NCBI GenBank assembly: GCA_963555985.3
Contig: OY820591.1
Coordinates: 1,568,001 to 1,632,000, forward strand
Direction of reading: 5' to 3'
Source of the DNA: Dehalococcoidia bacterium
GTDB lineage: Bacteria; Chloroflexota; Dehalococcoidia; Bin125
DNA: 64,000 bases
The position numbers were made by a program, and so were the translations under genes. Positions 19,086-30,239 of the stretch are shown here, in pieces. Each line of letters opens with the position of its first letter. Positions within the stretch are counted from its first letter, which is position 1. A model generated the notes under the pieces. The model saw only the letters and a list, made by a program, of their open reading frames with translations, was not told the DNA's origin and ran no database searches.

Positions 19086-19219
19086 GAGACCGTCGCAACA
19101 CTCCCATCTCCGTCATTCCCGCGAACGCGGGAATCCATACGGCGTCTCGAGTGGGACGTGGATTCCCGCCTGCGCGGGAATGACGAAACGCGCAGATCGG
19201 GGAGTGTTGCAAAAGCCTG
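19086..19219. mobile_element. MITE copy 2 (~134 bp)
   Basis: Colinear with 2743..2875; ends GAGACCGTCGCAACACTCCC and GGGAGTGTTGCAAAAGCCTG; contains an inverted pair of GTCATTCCCGCG..GCGGGAATCCA palindromes. Confidence 0.78.
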
Positions 19220-19327
19220 GCCCTGGTCTGAACAGGGGAATCGGGAACCTGGTACCCAGACATGGCGGAACCGAAAGATCATGCCCAACTCTCCACAAAG
19301 GAAAAGAGAAAAAAGGCCCGCGGCCGC

Positions 19328-20577
19328 CTACTCGTTGCGCAACGCCGCGATCGGATCTACGACCGTCGCGCGCCAGGCTGGATAGATGCCGCTGAGAAAG
19401 CCGATCCCGGCCGCGACCCCGAAGGCGGCGGCGATACTCCACGCCTGTATGACGGTCGTGAGCTCTTGATCGCCGACAGTCTGCCCGTCAACCAGCAGCG
19501 ATGCACCGACCCCGATGATGATGCCGGCGAGACCCCCAATCAGACTGAGCGTCAGCGCCTCGGTCACAAACTGGGTCACGATGTCGCTGGCGGTCGCGCC
19601 CACCGCGCGCCGGATGCCAATCTCGCGCGTCCGCTCCGTCACCGAGACCAGCATGATGTTCATCACCCCGATCCCGCCCACGATCAGCGAAATCCCCGCG
19701 ATGCTGCCGAGCAGGATCGAGAGCGTCTGCGCCACATCGCCCGCCGCTTCGAGCAGTTCGTCCTGGCTCTCGATATCAAACTGCGGCTCCGCGTCTCCGT
19801 GCCGCAGCAGCAACAGTTCGCTCACCTGTTCCTTGATTCGCTCGATGTCGGCGTTGTCAACCGTCTGAATCGCAATACCGGTGACGCGAATATCGCCTTC
19901 AGGCGTATAGAAGAATTCGCGGAAGCGGTTGGCGAGACCGGTAGCGCCCACGAAGACCTGGTTGTTGATCACATTTGCGCCGTCTTGCGCGGCGCGCCTG
20001 AGCACGCCGATAACCACGAACGGGATCGTGACTTGTCCCCCGAAGAACGAAATCCGCATCCCTTGCCCGACCGGATCGATGTTTGGAAAGAGCGCTTCGG
20101 CCATGTTCGCGCCCAGTACGGCAACCAGTTGCGCCTCGTCGTCGTGGGCTGGCGCGATAAAGACGCCGTTGGCGACTTCGGCGTCAACCACACCCGCGTA
20201 GTTGGACCAGGTGAAGACGACTTCGGCAGGAACGTCGTTGACGCCGGCGATCGCCTGAGCGTTGCCGGTCAGATGAGCGGCGACATCGCTGATTTCGGGG
20301 TCCCCGTTGGCGAGAATCGCTTGCGCGTCGCCGTAGGTGAGGACGTTCAGGGCGCCTGTGCCTCCGCCGCCTTCCGCACCGACGTTTGGACTGATGAAAA
20401 TCAGGTTGAGTCCGAGCCCTTGGATCTGCTCAGTGATGCCCTTCTGGGTGCCCTGACCGACCGCGATCAGCGCGATCACCGAACTCACCCCGATGATCAG
20501 GCCGAGCAGCGTCAGCACGCTGCGGAGGCGGTTGGCGATAATCGCGCGCAGGGCGATCCGAAAGGCGTCGAGCAGAC

Positions 20578-20581
<4 letters not shown>
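19328..20581 (-). CDS. ABC transporter permease (MacB family)
   Basis: Motifs NRLRSVLTLLGLIIG and GGIGVMNIMLVSVTERTREIGIRRAVGA. Confidence 0.93.
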
Positions 20582-21324
<743 letters not shown>

Positions 21325-21338
21325 GCGAGCCGGCCTCC

Positions 21339-24300
21339 TCAGCCCGCTCCCAGCAGCACCGCCGCATAGGAGACGCCTTCGGTGTCCACCCCAATCAGCA
21401 GGACTTGGCCAGCCTCCAGACCGGACAAGATCTCGACGCTGGTGTCGTCGGATTCGCCCACCTCGACTTCGACTCGTTCCCAACCAGCCAGATTCTCGCT
21501 GGGCACAGCGACGAAGAACCCGCCCTCGATTTGACGAACAGCGGAGATCGCCACCAGCACCGCCTCGTCGCGGATCTCGGTGATGATCGTGACGCTGGCG
21601 GTCATCCCGGGCGCAGGTAGCGGCTGTTCCACGACGCCTGATTCTTCCGCTTCCGCGAGTGCTTGCTCATAGGCTAGGAACACCCCTCGGATCTGGGTCT
21701 TGAACTGCTCCGGAATCTCGAACTCGTCCGGCAGTACGACTCCTTCCGGCAGAGGATCGTCGAACACGAGGGCGCGAATCACGCTGAGCGTCTCGACGCC
21801 GGGAGGGATCGTGGCCTGAGCTTCGAACGCGGCGAATAGTTGTCTTGCCTGAGGCGTCTCAAACGGATTGGGAACGCCGCCGCTGGCTGCCCCTTCAGCG
21901 CCGATCGTGATGGCGTTCTCACCACCGATCGCAGCCAACTGATCGGCGGCCTCCGGGAGCTCCTCAGGTGTGAGGATCGAGGCGTCCACGTCGTACGTCA
22001 CCACTCCTTGCTCAATCTGCGGGACGCGCCCCGCCTCGGCCACTCGAATCGCGTATACGAAACCCTCAAGGGCGTCGAAGCTGGCGACACCGACTAGATC
22101 CGGTTCGAGCTCGAACCATTCCGCTTCCGTCACACTAAGTTCGATCACAAGCTGACCGCGCGTGCTGAGCACGAGCGCCGGGGTACTGGCTGAAACTCGG
22201 TCACCGAGCTCGATGTTGATTTCTTCAACAACGCCGTCGAACTGAGCGCGGATGACCAGATCATCAAGCGCACCCTCAGCTTCTTCGACAGTGAGCTCGG
22301 CCAGGCGGACATTCTGAGTCTGGCGGTCGATGGCGCTCGCGGTAGAACCGGCGAGAAGCTCGTCACGGCGCGTGACAGCTTCCTCCAGACTGGCGTACGC
22401 GCTGGCCAAGGAGGACTCGGCCTGTTTGATTTCCTCCTCGGTTGCAGGTTCGAGAAGCTCGCTCAAGCGAGCGCGCGTAGCGTCGACATTGGCCCGCGAC
22501 GCGGCCACGGTCTGCTCCGCTTGATAGCGATCTTCGATGTCCGGGTCGGCTTGCAGATCGTCAAGCCGCGCAGCCGCAGCGTCATAGTTCGCCTGCGCAG
22601 CGACAATCGCCTGTTCCGCCTGGAAGAGATCGTCCGCGTCCACATCACCGCGCAGGTCGTCAAGCCGCGCCTGGGCAGCCTCGAGGTTCGCGCTGGCCGC
22701 GGTGACGGCCTGCTCGGCCTGGAAGAGGTCGCTGATGTTGGCCGGCGTCAGCAAGTCGTCCAAGCGAGCCTGTGCGGACTCAAGGTTCGCTTCGGCCGCT
22801 TGTATAGTTTGCTCGGCTTGGTAGATGTCGGCCGCGTCCACATCGCTCCGCAGTTCGTCGAGCCGCGCTTGGGCAGCTTCGAGACTCGCGCTGGCCGCGG
22901 TGACGGCTTGTCTCGCCTGGAAGAAGTCGTGAGTAGTGGGGGGCGTCAACAGGTCGTTCAATCGCGCCCGCGCCGCTGCCAGATTCGCCTCTGCCGCCTC
23001 GACGGCCAGCCCAGCTTGGTAGACGTCATCGGCGTCCACATCGCTTTGCAGCTCATCCAGTCGCGCCTGGGCAGCTTCGAGATTCGCCTTCGAGGCAACG
23101 ACGGCTTGCTCCGCCTGGAAGTGGTCGTGAACAGTAGGGGGCGTCAACAGGTCGTTCCATCGCGCTCGTGCGGCTGCGACGTTTGCCTCTGCTGCCTCAA
23201 CGGCCTGTTGCGCCTGGTAGATGTCATTGTCATCGGCTGGTCGGAGCAGGTCAGCGAGCCGCGCTTGCGCGGCCTGGAGTGATTCGGTGGCGGATTCTTC
23301 GGCGTTGCGGGCACGTTCAAGAGCCGTATGTCGGTCAAGGAGCGCCTTCGCCAGTCGTTCAAGATTGGAGCCTCGCTCTTCACTCTCCTCTTCCAGATAC
23401 ACGAGTTCCTCGGCGGTCAGTGGGAGATCAGCGCGGCAAATCGAGGGCAAGACGGAAATTTCATCGCAGAAATCCTCATGCGCTCTGTCAATTTGATCGA
23501 GTGCAGTTTCCACATCGTTCTCAGCCGCGCTTAGATTTGTGCGAGCCGTGGGAAGTGCGGCGCGGGCCGAAGCCAGATCCGCCGCACTGGGCTCATCAAT
23601 CAGGTCTGCGAGAGATTGTTCCGTGCTTGAGAGTTGGCCGAGCGCACTCGCGACCGCTTGCTCGGCGCTGGCGAGCTCGGCGGCCGACGGGTCGCTGCTG
23701 AGATCGTCGAGCGCCTCTTCGGTCGTTGACAGTTGATTGCGGGCATTGGCGACCGCTTGCTCGGCGCTGGCGAGCTCGGCGGCAGTCGGTCCTGCACTCA
23801 GATCGGCGAGAGCTTGTCGCGCTGTTGAGAATTGGTTGCGCGCGTTAGCGACGGCCTGTTCCGCGCTGGCGATCTCAGCAGCCGACGGGCCGCTGCTCAG
23901 ATCCTCGAGTGCCTCCTCAGCCGCGGACAGTTGATTGCGGGCGTTCGCGACCGCTTGTTCGGCGCTGGCGAGCTCGGCGTCAGTGGGTCCGGCCCTCAGA
24001 TCAGTGAGTGCTTGTTGCGCTGTCGAGAGCTGATTGCGCGCACTCGCGATGGTTTGTTCGGCGCTGGCAATCTCGGCGGTAGTTGGACCGGTGGTCAAGT
24101 CGTCGAGCGCCTCTTCAGCCGCCGACAGTTGATTGCGGGCGTTGGCGACCGCTTGCTCAGCGCTGGCGAGGTCGGCGGCTGTTGCTCCGTCGGTGAGGTC
24201 ACTGCGGGCCTGTTCAGCGCTGGAAAGTTGGCTGCGGGCGTTGGCGACGGCTTGTTCGGCGCTGGCGAGCTCAGCGGCCGTAGCTCCCTCGGCAAGGTCG

Positions 24301-24902
24301 TTCAACGCCTCTGCGGCACCGGAGAGCTGGCTGCGGGCGTTGGCGACGGCCTGTTCGGCCTGGTGGACCTCGCTCTGGTCAGGCGGTTCCTGCAAGCGTT
24401 GCAGGGTGAGTTCGGCGCTCGCGACTTGAGCCTCGGCGGAGAGCACCGCTCGCTCCGCAGCGGCGATATCAGCGACTGCTGGATCGTCCTGCAGCTCTTC
24501 GAGTGCGATTTGGGCCAAACGCAACTGCAGTTGGGCGGTCTCGAGCCGGCGAAGCGCATCTGTGTCATCGAGCCGTGCCAGGGCGTCACCGACCTGCACT
24601 GTCTGTCCTACTTCGGCCTCAATCGAGCTGACCGTGCCGCCAACTGCAAAGGTGAGGTTTGCCGTATGCGCCGCCGCTGCGGAACCCGACAACTCGATCG
24701 TCGTGGTGAGCCGCCCCAGCGTGGCAACGGTGCGCTGAGGTTCGACGGCAACAACTTCCTCTTCGGGGCGCGTGAGAAGCCAAGCCACGACAGCGATGAC
24801 GGCGGCAATGACGAGCAGAGCGAGGACGATCCAGGGTCGCCGTGAGCGGCGCCGGCTGACCAGCGCATCGATCGCATCAAGATCCGTTGATTGGATGGTC
24901 AA
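21339..24902 (-). CDS. Membrane fusion protein (HlyD/MacA family) with a greatly expanded alpha-helical hairpin
   Basis: N-terminal TM; lipoyl half-motifs (GTVSSIEAEVGQTVQVGDALARLD and IRAQFDGVVEEINIELGDRV); C-terminal VEILSGLEAG; 33-aa internal repeats. Confidence 0.88.
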   Translation of the reverse strand: MTIQSTDLDAIDALVSRRRSRRPWIVLALLVIAAVIAVVAWLLTRPEEEVVAVEPQRTVATLGRLTTTIELSGSAAAAHTANLTFAVGGTVSSIEAEVGQTVQVGDALARLDDTDALRRLETAQLQLRLAQIALEELQDDPAVADIAAAERAVLSAEAQVASAELTLQRLQEPPDQSEVHQAEQAVANARSQLSGAAEALNDLAEGATAAELASAEQAVANARSQLSSAEQARSDLTDGATAADLASAEQAVANARNQLSAAEEALDDLTTGPTTAEIASAEQTIASARNQLSTAQQALTDLRAGPTDAELASAEQAVANARNQLSAAEEALEDLSSGPSAAEIASAEQAVANARNQFSTARQALADLSAGPTAAELASAEQAVANARNQLSTTEEALDDLSSDPSAAELASAEQAVASALGQLSSTEQSLADLIDEPSAADLASARAALPTARTNLSAAENDVETALDQIDRAHEDFCDEISVLPSICRADLPLTAEELVYLEEESEERGSNLERLAKALLDRHTALERARNAEESATESLQAAQARLADLLRPADDNDIYQAQQAVEAAEANVAAARARWNDLLTPPTVHDHFQAEQAVVASKANLEAAQARLDELQSDVDADDVYQAGLAVEAAEANLAAARARLNDLLTPPTTHDFFQARQAVTAASASLEAAQARLDELRSDVDAADIYQAEQTIQAAEANLESAQARLDDLLTPANISDLFQAEQAVTAASANLEAAQARLDDLRGDVDADDLFQAEQAIVAAQANYDAAAARLDDLQADPDIEDRYQAEQTVAASRANVDATRARLSELLEPATEEEIKQAESSLASAYASLEEAVTRRDELLAGSTASAIDRQTQNVRLAELTVEEAEGALDDLVIRAQFDGVVEEINIELGDRVSASTPALVLSTRGQLVIELSVTEAEWFELEPDLVGVASFDALEGFVYAIRVAEAGRVPQIEQGVVTYDVDASILTPEELPEAADQLAAIGGENAITIGAEGAASGGVPNPFETPQARQLFAAFEAQATIPPGVETLSVIRALVFDDPLPEGVVLPDEFEIPEQFKTQIRGVFLAYEQALAEAEESGVVEQPLPAPGMTASVTIITEIRDEAVLVAISAVRQIEGGFFVAVPSENLAGWERVEVEVGESDDTSVEILSGLEAGQVLLIGVDTEGVSYAAVLLGAG
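22330..24480 (-). repeat. Intragenic 99-bp (33-aa) tandem repeats in two arrays
   Basis: Units of type AELASAEQAVANARNQLSxAEEALxDL, followed by units of type DxxQAEQAVxAAxANLEAAQARLDxL. Confidence 0.85.
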
Positions 24903-24991
24903 TGATGACCTCGCTTTATGTTCGGGATCCGACGGCGAACACGGTGAGGTCTACTGGAAGAAGGTGTTAGGGGCAACAGCAGAGCGAGTGA

Positions 24992-25819
24992 TCAGCCGAC
25001 GAAGATACCCCCGTCGGGATGCAGGATCTGGCCCGTGATGTAGCTCGCGGCGTCGCTGAGCAGGAACAGGCTGGCCTCGGCGATGTCCTCAGCTTCGCCC
25101 AGGCGACCGAGCGGGACGGTTCTGGTGAAAGCCGCTTTGCGCTCCTCGTCCTGCGAGAGCCCGAGCGCCATCGGTGTATCGATCACGCCCGGCGCGACGG
25201 TGTTGACCCGGATCTTGTGCGGCGCGAGCTCGAGCGCGATGCAGCGGGTGAGCATCCAGACGCCGGCTTTCGAGACCGAGTACTCGGCCGAACCGGGCAT
25301 CGGAACCTTCGCAGCGCCGCTGCTGATGTTGACGATCGAGCCGCCTTCGCCTTGCGCAATCATGCGTCGCGCGACTGCGCGGTTGGTCAGCATCACACCG
25401 GTCAGATTGACGGCGAGGACTTTCTCCCAGTACTCGACCGGCTTGTTGATCACGAATCCCGGGCGGCGATCGCCGAGGGCGTCGTCGGGACCGACTTCGC
25501 CGCTGACGTAGCGGGCGTGGAGGATGCCGGCGGCTGCGATGCAGAGGTCAAGGCGTCCGAACTCATCGATTGCGGTTTGCACAGCTCGATCACAGTCAGC
25601 CTCACTGGAGACATCGGCGCCGATGTAGACCGCGCGACCTCCTGCGCTCTCGATCTGCGTAACGACTTCGGCTCCGCGCTGATCATCGGACAGCCCGACT
25701 ACGACTACGGCTGCTCCCTCGCGCGCCAAACGGATCGACGCCTCGGCGCCCATACCGCTCGCGCCACCGGTGACCAACGCCACCTTGCCCTGGAAGCGTT
25801 GGAATCCTCCGTCGGCCAT
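24992..25819 (-). CDS. Short-chain dehydrogenase/reductase (paralogue of 17222..18058)
   Basis: Motifs TGGASGMG and YSVSK; near-identical blocks shared with the paralogue. Confidence 0.92.
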   Translation of the reverse strand: MADGGFQRFQGKVALVTGGASGMGAEASIRLAREGAAVVVVGLSDDQRGAEVVTQIESAGGRAVYIGADVSSEADCDRAVQTAIDEFGRLDLCIAAAGILHARYVSGEVGPDDALGDRRPGFVINKPVEYWEKVLAVNLTGVMLTNRAVARRMIAQGEGGSIVNISSGAAKVPMPGSAEYSVSKAGVWMLTRCIALELAPHKIRVNTVAPGVIDTPMALGLSQDEERKAAFTRTVPLGRLGEAEDIAEASLFLLSDAASYITGQILHPDGGIFVG

Positions 25820-25833
25820 GACTGCACCCGTTT

Positions 25834-26370
25834 CTAGACGCCGTTGACTTCCTGCGGATAGCGCCAGGGCGTCTCCGGCTGCTCCGCCTCTTCGTCCAGC
25901 GTCCAGTGCGGTAGCGCCAGACCCTCGGCTACGTCGGCGAAGACCATCCGCATCCGCGAGCCGATGCCGACCTGCTTGACCAGCTCGGGTGCGGCGAAGT
26001 TGCCGTCTGCGTCCACGAGGTTGCCGGCGACGCGCAGCGCTTCGTGTTCGGTCGGCACACCTGACTGCGTGTCCAACTCGACCAGCAGGATCATGTAGGG
26101 CGCGCGCTCGCGGAAGGCCGGTTGGATCGCGTGGTGCACCTCGCCGTAGGAATGCACCGTGCCGCGCGCGTCGACCGGCACCCAGTTGAACTCGCGCCCG
26201 GAGCACCAGGGGCAGGCGGTACCTGGTGGATAGCGGATCAGCCCGCAGTCCTCGTCCGCGCACTGCTGGAGGTGGAATTCGTGATCAGCGCAGTGCTGGA
26301 AGTAGGCTTTGTTCTCGTTATCCAGGTCGAGGACGGTCAGCGTCATCCCCAAGTAGTCGCCCTGCGGCAT
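25834..26370 (-). CDS. Zn-ribbon/OB-fold protein (DUF35, ChsH2-like)
   Basis: Motifs LQQC...CG..RYPP..ACPWC, GTVHSY and PYMILLVELD. Confidence 0.88.
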   Translation of the reverse strand: MPQGDYLGMTLTVLDLDNENKAYFQHCADHEFHLQQCADEDCGLIRYPPGTACPWCSGREFNWVPVDARGTVHSYGEVHHAIQPAFRERAPYMILLVELDTQSGVPTEHEALRVAGNLVDADGNFAAPELVKQVGIGSRMRMVFADVAEGLALPHWTLDEEAEQPETPWRYPQEVNGV

Positions 26371-26463
26371 GGTCGGCTCCCGTTCGTTTTCGTTCGGAGG
26401 TGTTCGATTTTGGTCGAATCTGTGCGGCTGTAGCCGAGCTCGTTCGACCGGTTCCGGCCCTGT

Positions 26464-27726
26464 TTAGCCCTTGCGCATGATCAGCGAGGAGCCGGTAGCG
26501 GGCATCGCCCAGCCCAGGTTCTGGGTGATTTCGAGGTCGGGCACCTGGCGGCAGCCGCCGCCCGCCGACGGCTCGGCGTAGTTGAAGCTGTGCTGCTTGC
26601 TGCCGTTGGCGTCGACCGGACAGTAGTCGTCGACCTCGCCGCGCAGCTGACGCACGTTCTCGATGATCATGTTCATCCCGTGCGTGTAGCCCTCGCAAAG
26701 GTGTCCGCCGGAGGTGTTGTTCGGTCGCTCCGCGCCCAGACGCATGATCCCGGACGACACGTAGTCGCCGCCCTCGCCCTTCTTGCAGAAGCCGTAGTCC
26801 TCGAGCTGGAGCATCGAGGTGAAGGTGAAGGCGTCGTAGGCGCCGGTGCACTGGATGTCTTCGGGGCCCAGGCCGGCGTTGCGGTAGATCAAGTCCTTGA
26901 TGTAGTAGCCCGCGACCGTCGAGATCGGCCCGTGCTGGAAGTGCATGTCGATCCGCGGCTTGCAGACGCGCCCCACCACCCCGAGAATCCGCGCGGGCGT
27001 GTTCCTGTAGTCGTAGGCCTTGTCGACCGAGGTCACAATCAGGGCCGTCGCATTATCGGTCTCAACGCAGCAGTCGAGCAGGTGCAGCGGCTTGCAGATC
27101 ATGCGCGAGTTGACCACATCCTCAACGGTCACGCGCTGCTTGTAGTAGGCCTTGGGATTGTTCGAAGCGTGCTCCGAGTGGATCACCTTGACCATCGCCA
27201 CCTGCTCAGGCGTGGTCCCGTAGTCGTACATGTGGCGCATGAAGGTCGGGGAGAAGTTCTGTCCGGCGCTGAACCAGCCGTAGGCCGCCGCGTGCAGCGC
27301 GTCTCCGCCGACCGGTACCGAAGCGCGAGCGCCGGTGCCGCCGATCCGGACCTGCGAATAACCGTTCATCGAACGGAAGACGACGACGGTCTCGCACATG
27401 CCCGCCTCGATCGCGCCGATCGCGAGTCCGATCAGAGCTTCGGACGAGGAGCCGCCGCCCTGGACGTCCATGTAGAAGTTGAGGCGGATGCCGAGGTCGC
27501 CGGCGAGCATCGGTGAGGCGGTCGAGTCGTTGCCCGAATAAGACATCATCCCGTCGATCTCCGACGCCGGAATGCCCGCGTCATCCATCGCGTTCTTGAT
27601 CGCCCAGGTGCCCAGCGCGCGAGTCGTCATACCCGAACCGCGGGTGTAGGTTGTCTCGCCGACGCCGATGATGGCGTACTTGTCGCGCAGGTACTTGCCT
27701 GCCGTCGCGTCAATGTCGGTCGTCAC
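26464..27726 (-). CDS. Thiolase-superfamily protein (Ltp2/SCP-x-like)
   Basis: Motifs AIIGVGET, PLHLLDCC..TD, YDAFT and NTSGGHLCEGY. Confidence 0.88.
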   Translation of the reverse strand: MTTDIDATAGKYLRDKYAIIGVGETTYTRGSGMTTRALGTWAIKNAMDDAGIPASEIDGMMSYSGNDSTASPMLAGDLGIRLNFYMDVQGGGSSSEALIGLAIGAIEAGMCETVVVFRSMNGYSQVRIGGTGARASVPVGGDALHAAAYGWFSAGQNFSPTFMRHMYDYGTTPEQVAMVKVIHSEHASNNPKAYYKQRVTVEDVVNSRMICKPLHLLDCCVETDNATALIVTSVDKAYDYRNTPARILGVVGRVCKPRIDMHFQHGPISTVAGYYIKDLIYRNAGLGPEDIQCTGAYDAFTFTSMLQLEDYGFCKKGEGGDYVSSGIMRLGAERPNNTSGGHLCEGYTHGMNMIIENVRQLRGEVDDYCPVDANGSKQHSFNYAEPSAGGGCRQVPDLEITQNLGWAMPATGSSLIMRKG

Positions 27727-27875
27727 CGCCTGCTCCTCTCAAGGACGTCGCGTCAAGCCCGCCGATGCCGTCAACATCGGGCGGAACGTGCGCAGTCTAG
27801 GACAGGGACAGTGGATGTCGACCTATCCTGCGAGCAACCAAGACGAGACAGATACCCGCCCGACAGGAACAGAAC

Positions 27876-28631
27876 ATGTCCGACGCTCTGACCGACGCAC
27901 AAGTGATCGAAGCTGCCGACTTCCTCGATGAAGCGACCGCCAACGGTCTGCCGTTGCCCGCGATTCCGGAATCTTGCCAACCGCAGACGGCCGCGGACGG
28001 CGGACGCATCTACTGGGAGCGCTGGTCGCGCAACCCGAAGCCGGCGGTCGCCTGGAAGGCGGCGGTGCTTGACGGGAATATGGTGCTCGCGCCGTTCTTC
28101 GAGGGCATGGTGATGGACTCGCCCGCGTCGATTCCCGGCGACACGTTCGTCAACTGCATCCTTGAGGCCGAAGTCGCGTTCCGCGTGGGACAAGATTTCG
28201 CGCCGTCCGACGGCGGACACAGCGCGGACTCGGTGCTCGGCGGCGTGTCGAACGCCTACATCGTGATCGAAGCACCCAACAGTCGCTTCGACGGCGGCGC
28301 AGGAATGCCGAGCATGGCCGCGGACGGGGTTGGCAACCAGGCGTTGATCATCGGACCTGAGATCGACGACTGGCAGTCGAAAGAGCTAGTGACGCTGCCC
28401 TGTCAGATCCTGATCAACGGCGAAGTCGTCGCTGAGGGCCGTGAGGGACGCCCCAACCCGACCGAAGTGTTGGTCGCCACCGTCAATGAGATCAACAACC
28501 GAGGCATGACGGTCTCGGCAGGAGAGGTGATCACGACCGGCGCCGCAGCGATCCACGTGCCCGGACTGGCTGGTCAGGAAGTGACGATCCGCTTCCCCGG
28601 CATCGGCGATGTCAATCTCAGTTTGACTTAG
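27876..28631 (+). CDS. Fumarylacetoacetate hydrolase family / 2-keto-4-pentenoate hydratase-like protein
   Basis: Motifs EAEVAF, IEAPNSRF and AGEVITTG. Confidence 0.8.
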   Translation: MSDALTDAQVIEAADFLDEATANGLPLPAIPESCQPQTAADGGRIYWERWSRNPKPAVAWKAAVLDGNMVLAPFFEGMVMDSPASIPGDTFVNCILEAEVAFRVGQDFAPSDGGHSADSVLGGVSNAYIVIEAPNSRFDGGAGMPSMAADGVGNQALIIGPEIDDWQSKELVTLPCQILINGEVVAEGREGRPNPTEVLVATVNEINNRGMTVSAGEVITTGAAAIHVPGLAGQEVTIRFPGIGDVNLSLT

Positions 28632-28678
28632 AAGCCGAACCTACATCCTGTGAGTCGGCTCTGGAAAGGAGCCATAGG

Positions 28679-29753
28679 TTGCGTTACAGGATTCTCGGCC
28701 GAAGCGGACTTCGGGTGTCGGAAATCGCCCTCGGCGCGATGATGATGGGCCCTGAAGAACCCGGACGCGCCGGACCGCTTGAGAGTCGTCGGATCATGGA
28801 AGCCTACGCCGAGTAGGGCGGCAACTTCTTCGACTCCGCCCCGGTGTACAACAACGGCGCGAGCGAGCAGATGCTGGACGAGTTCGTCAACACCGACCGC
28901 GAGCGCTACGTCGTGACGACCAAGTTCACCAACGTCATGCATAGCGGTCTCGACCCGAGCATCCCCGACGATCCGAATCGCGGCGGCAACCACAAGAAGA
29001 GCATGGTTCAGTCGGTCGAGGGCAGTCTGCGACGGATGAACCTGGACTACATCGACCTGCTCTGGATCCACCTCTGGGACTACTCGGTCGATATCGAGGA
29101 TGTGATGCGTTCGGTCAACGACCTGGTGCAGCAGGGCAAGGTGCTGCACTTCGGTCTCTGCAACACGCCGGCCTGGGTCGTGGCTCGAGGTCAGACGGCC
29201 GCCACGATCCGCGGCTGGGAACCGATCACCGCGCTGCAATACAACTACAACCTCGTCGACCGCGCTCTGGAACTCGAGCTCATCCCCTGCGCCAACGCGC
29301 TGGGAATCGGCGTCACTGCGTTCTCGCCGCTGAGCGGTGGATTCCTCACCGGCAAGTACACACGAGACACCGAGCGCGAGAGCAGCCGCTACGACGGCAT
29401 ATTGGTTTAGCACGCTGGAGCAGTACAGCGAGCGCGACTTCACGGTCGCCCGCAAGGTGGACGAGATCGCCGACAAGCTCGGTTGCAGTTCTGCAGCAGT
29501 CGCCATTGCCTGGGTGCAACAACGCGGCGTGCTGCCCTTGGGCGGCGCGCGAACCACGGAGCAGATGCTCGACAACCTCACCAGCCTGTCAGTCGAACTC
29601 AGCGACGAAGATATGGACGAACTCAACCGGATCAGCACCGCTGATTGGCCTTGGATCTACAGCCTGATCCACGGTGAGGGAAGTGCTGGCATCCGTCAGA
29701 TGGCCGCCGGCGGCATGCTGGAGCAAATCGACAATCCCGGTTTCCCGGGCTAG
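28679..29753 (+). pseudogene. Aldo/keto reductase, disrupted
   Basis: TTG start MRYRILGRSGLRVSEIALG; in-frame TAG at 28814-28816; frameshift near 29398; AKR motifs D.A..Y, TKF and DYIDLLWIH. Confidence 0.85.
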
Positions 29754-29756
29754 CGC

Positions 29757-30041
29757 CTACTCGACCCGGCCAATCGCGTCGATCTTCCAGCCGAGCTCAT
29801 CCTCGACCCACTGTGTGAAGATCGTGCCTTCGCCGTCGTCACCGCGGAAGGTGATGTGGTAAAGATCGTCGCCCTGATCGGCGATCTCGTATTCGTCGGA
29901 GCCTTGCGCGGAATCCGGTTGGGCTTGCAAGGCCATTGCCTGCATCATGCCGTTGGGCGTGAAAACGGGCATCAGTCCGGCGACATTGTTGGCGACCAGG
30001 TCGCGGGCGAATTGGTCAATGGTCTCGGCGAGGTCGGGCAT
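29757..30041 (-). CDS. Small hypothetical protein (NTF2-like?)
   Basis: GAGG RBS; MPDLAETIDQFARDLVANN...GWKID. Confidence 0.6.
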   Translation of the reverse strand: MPDLAETIDQFARDLVANNVAGLMPVFTPNGMMQAMALQAQPDSAQGSDEYEIADQGDDLYHITFRGDDGEGTIFTQWVEDELGWKIDAIGRVE

Positions 30042-30239
30042 GGTTGTGTTTGCCTCACGTATGCATCGTGTTCGCGTTTGCGCATCTGCGTTCTGAGACG
30101 CAGTTGGCTTGCCTGCGCAAGGTATCGGCAGGGGTAATCTGGCGCTAGTCAGCGGTCCCACGGATGGGAGTCTCCGATGTCCCAATGGCCGAGTGAAGCG
30201 GATGTGAGTTTGATGCCGCAGAAAGGCGTGAACGGGATC

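Noticed and set aside
28814-28816. In-frame TAG in the AKR gene as pyrrolysine
   Set aside because: The position is non-catalytic, the same gene also has a frameshift, and no pyl genes are seen.
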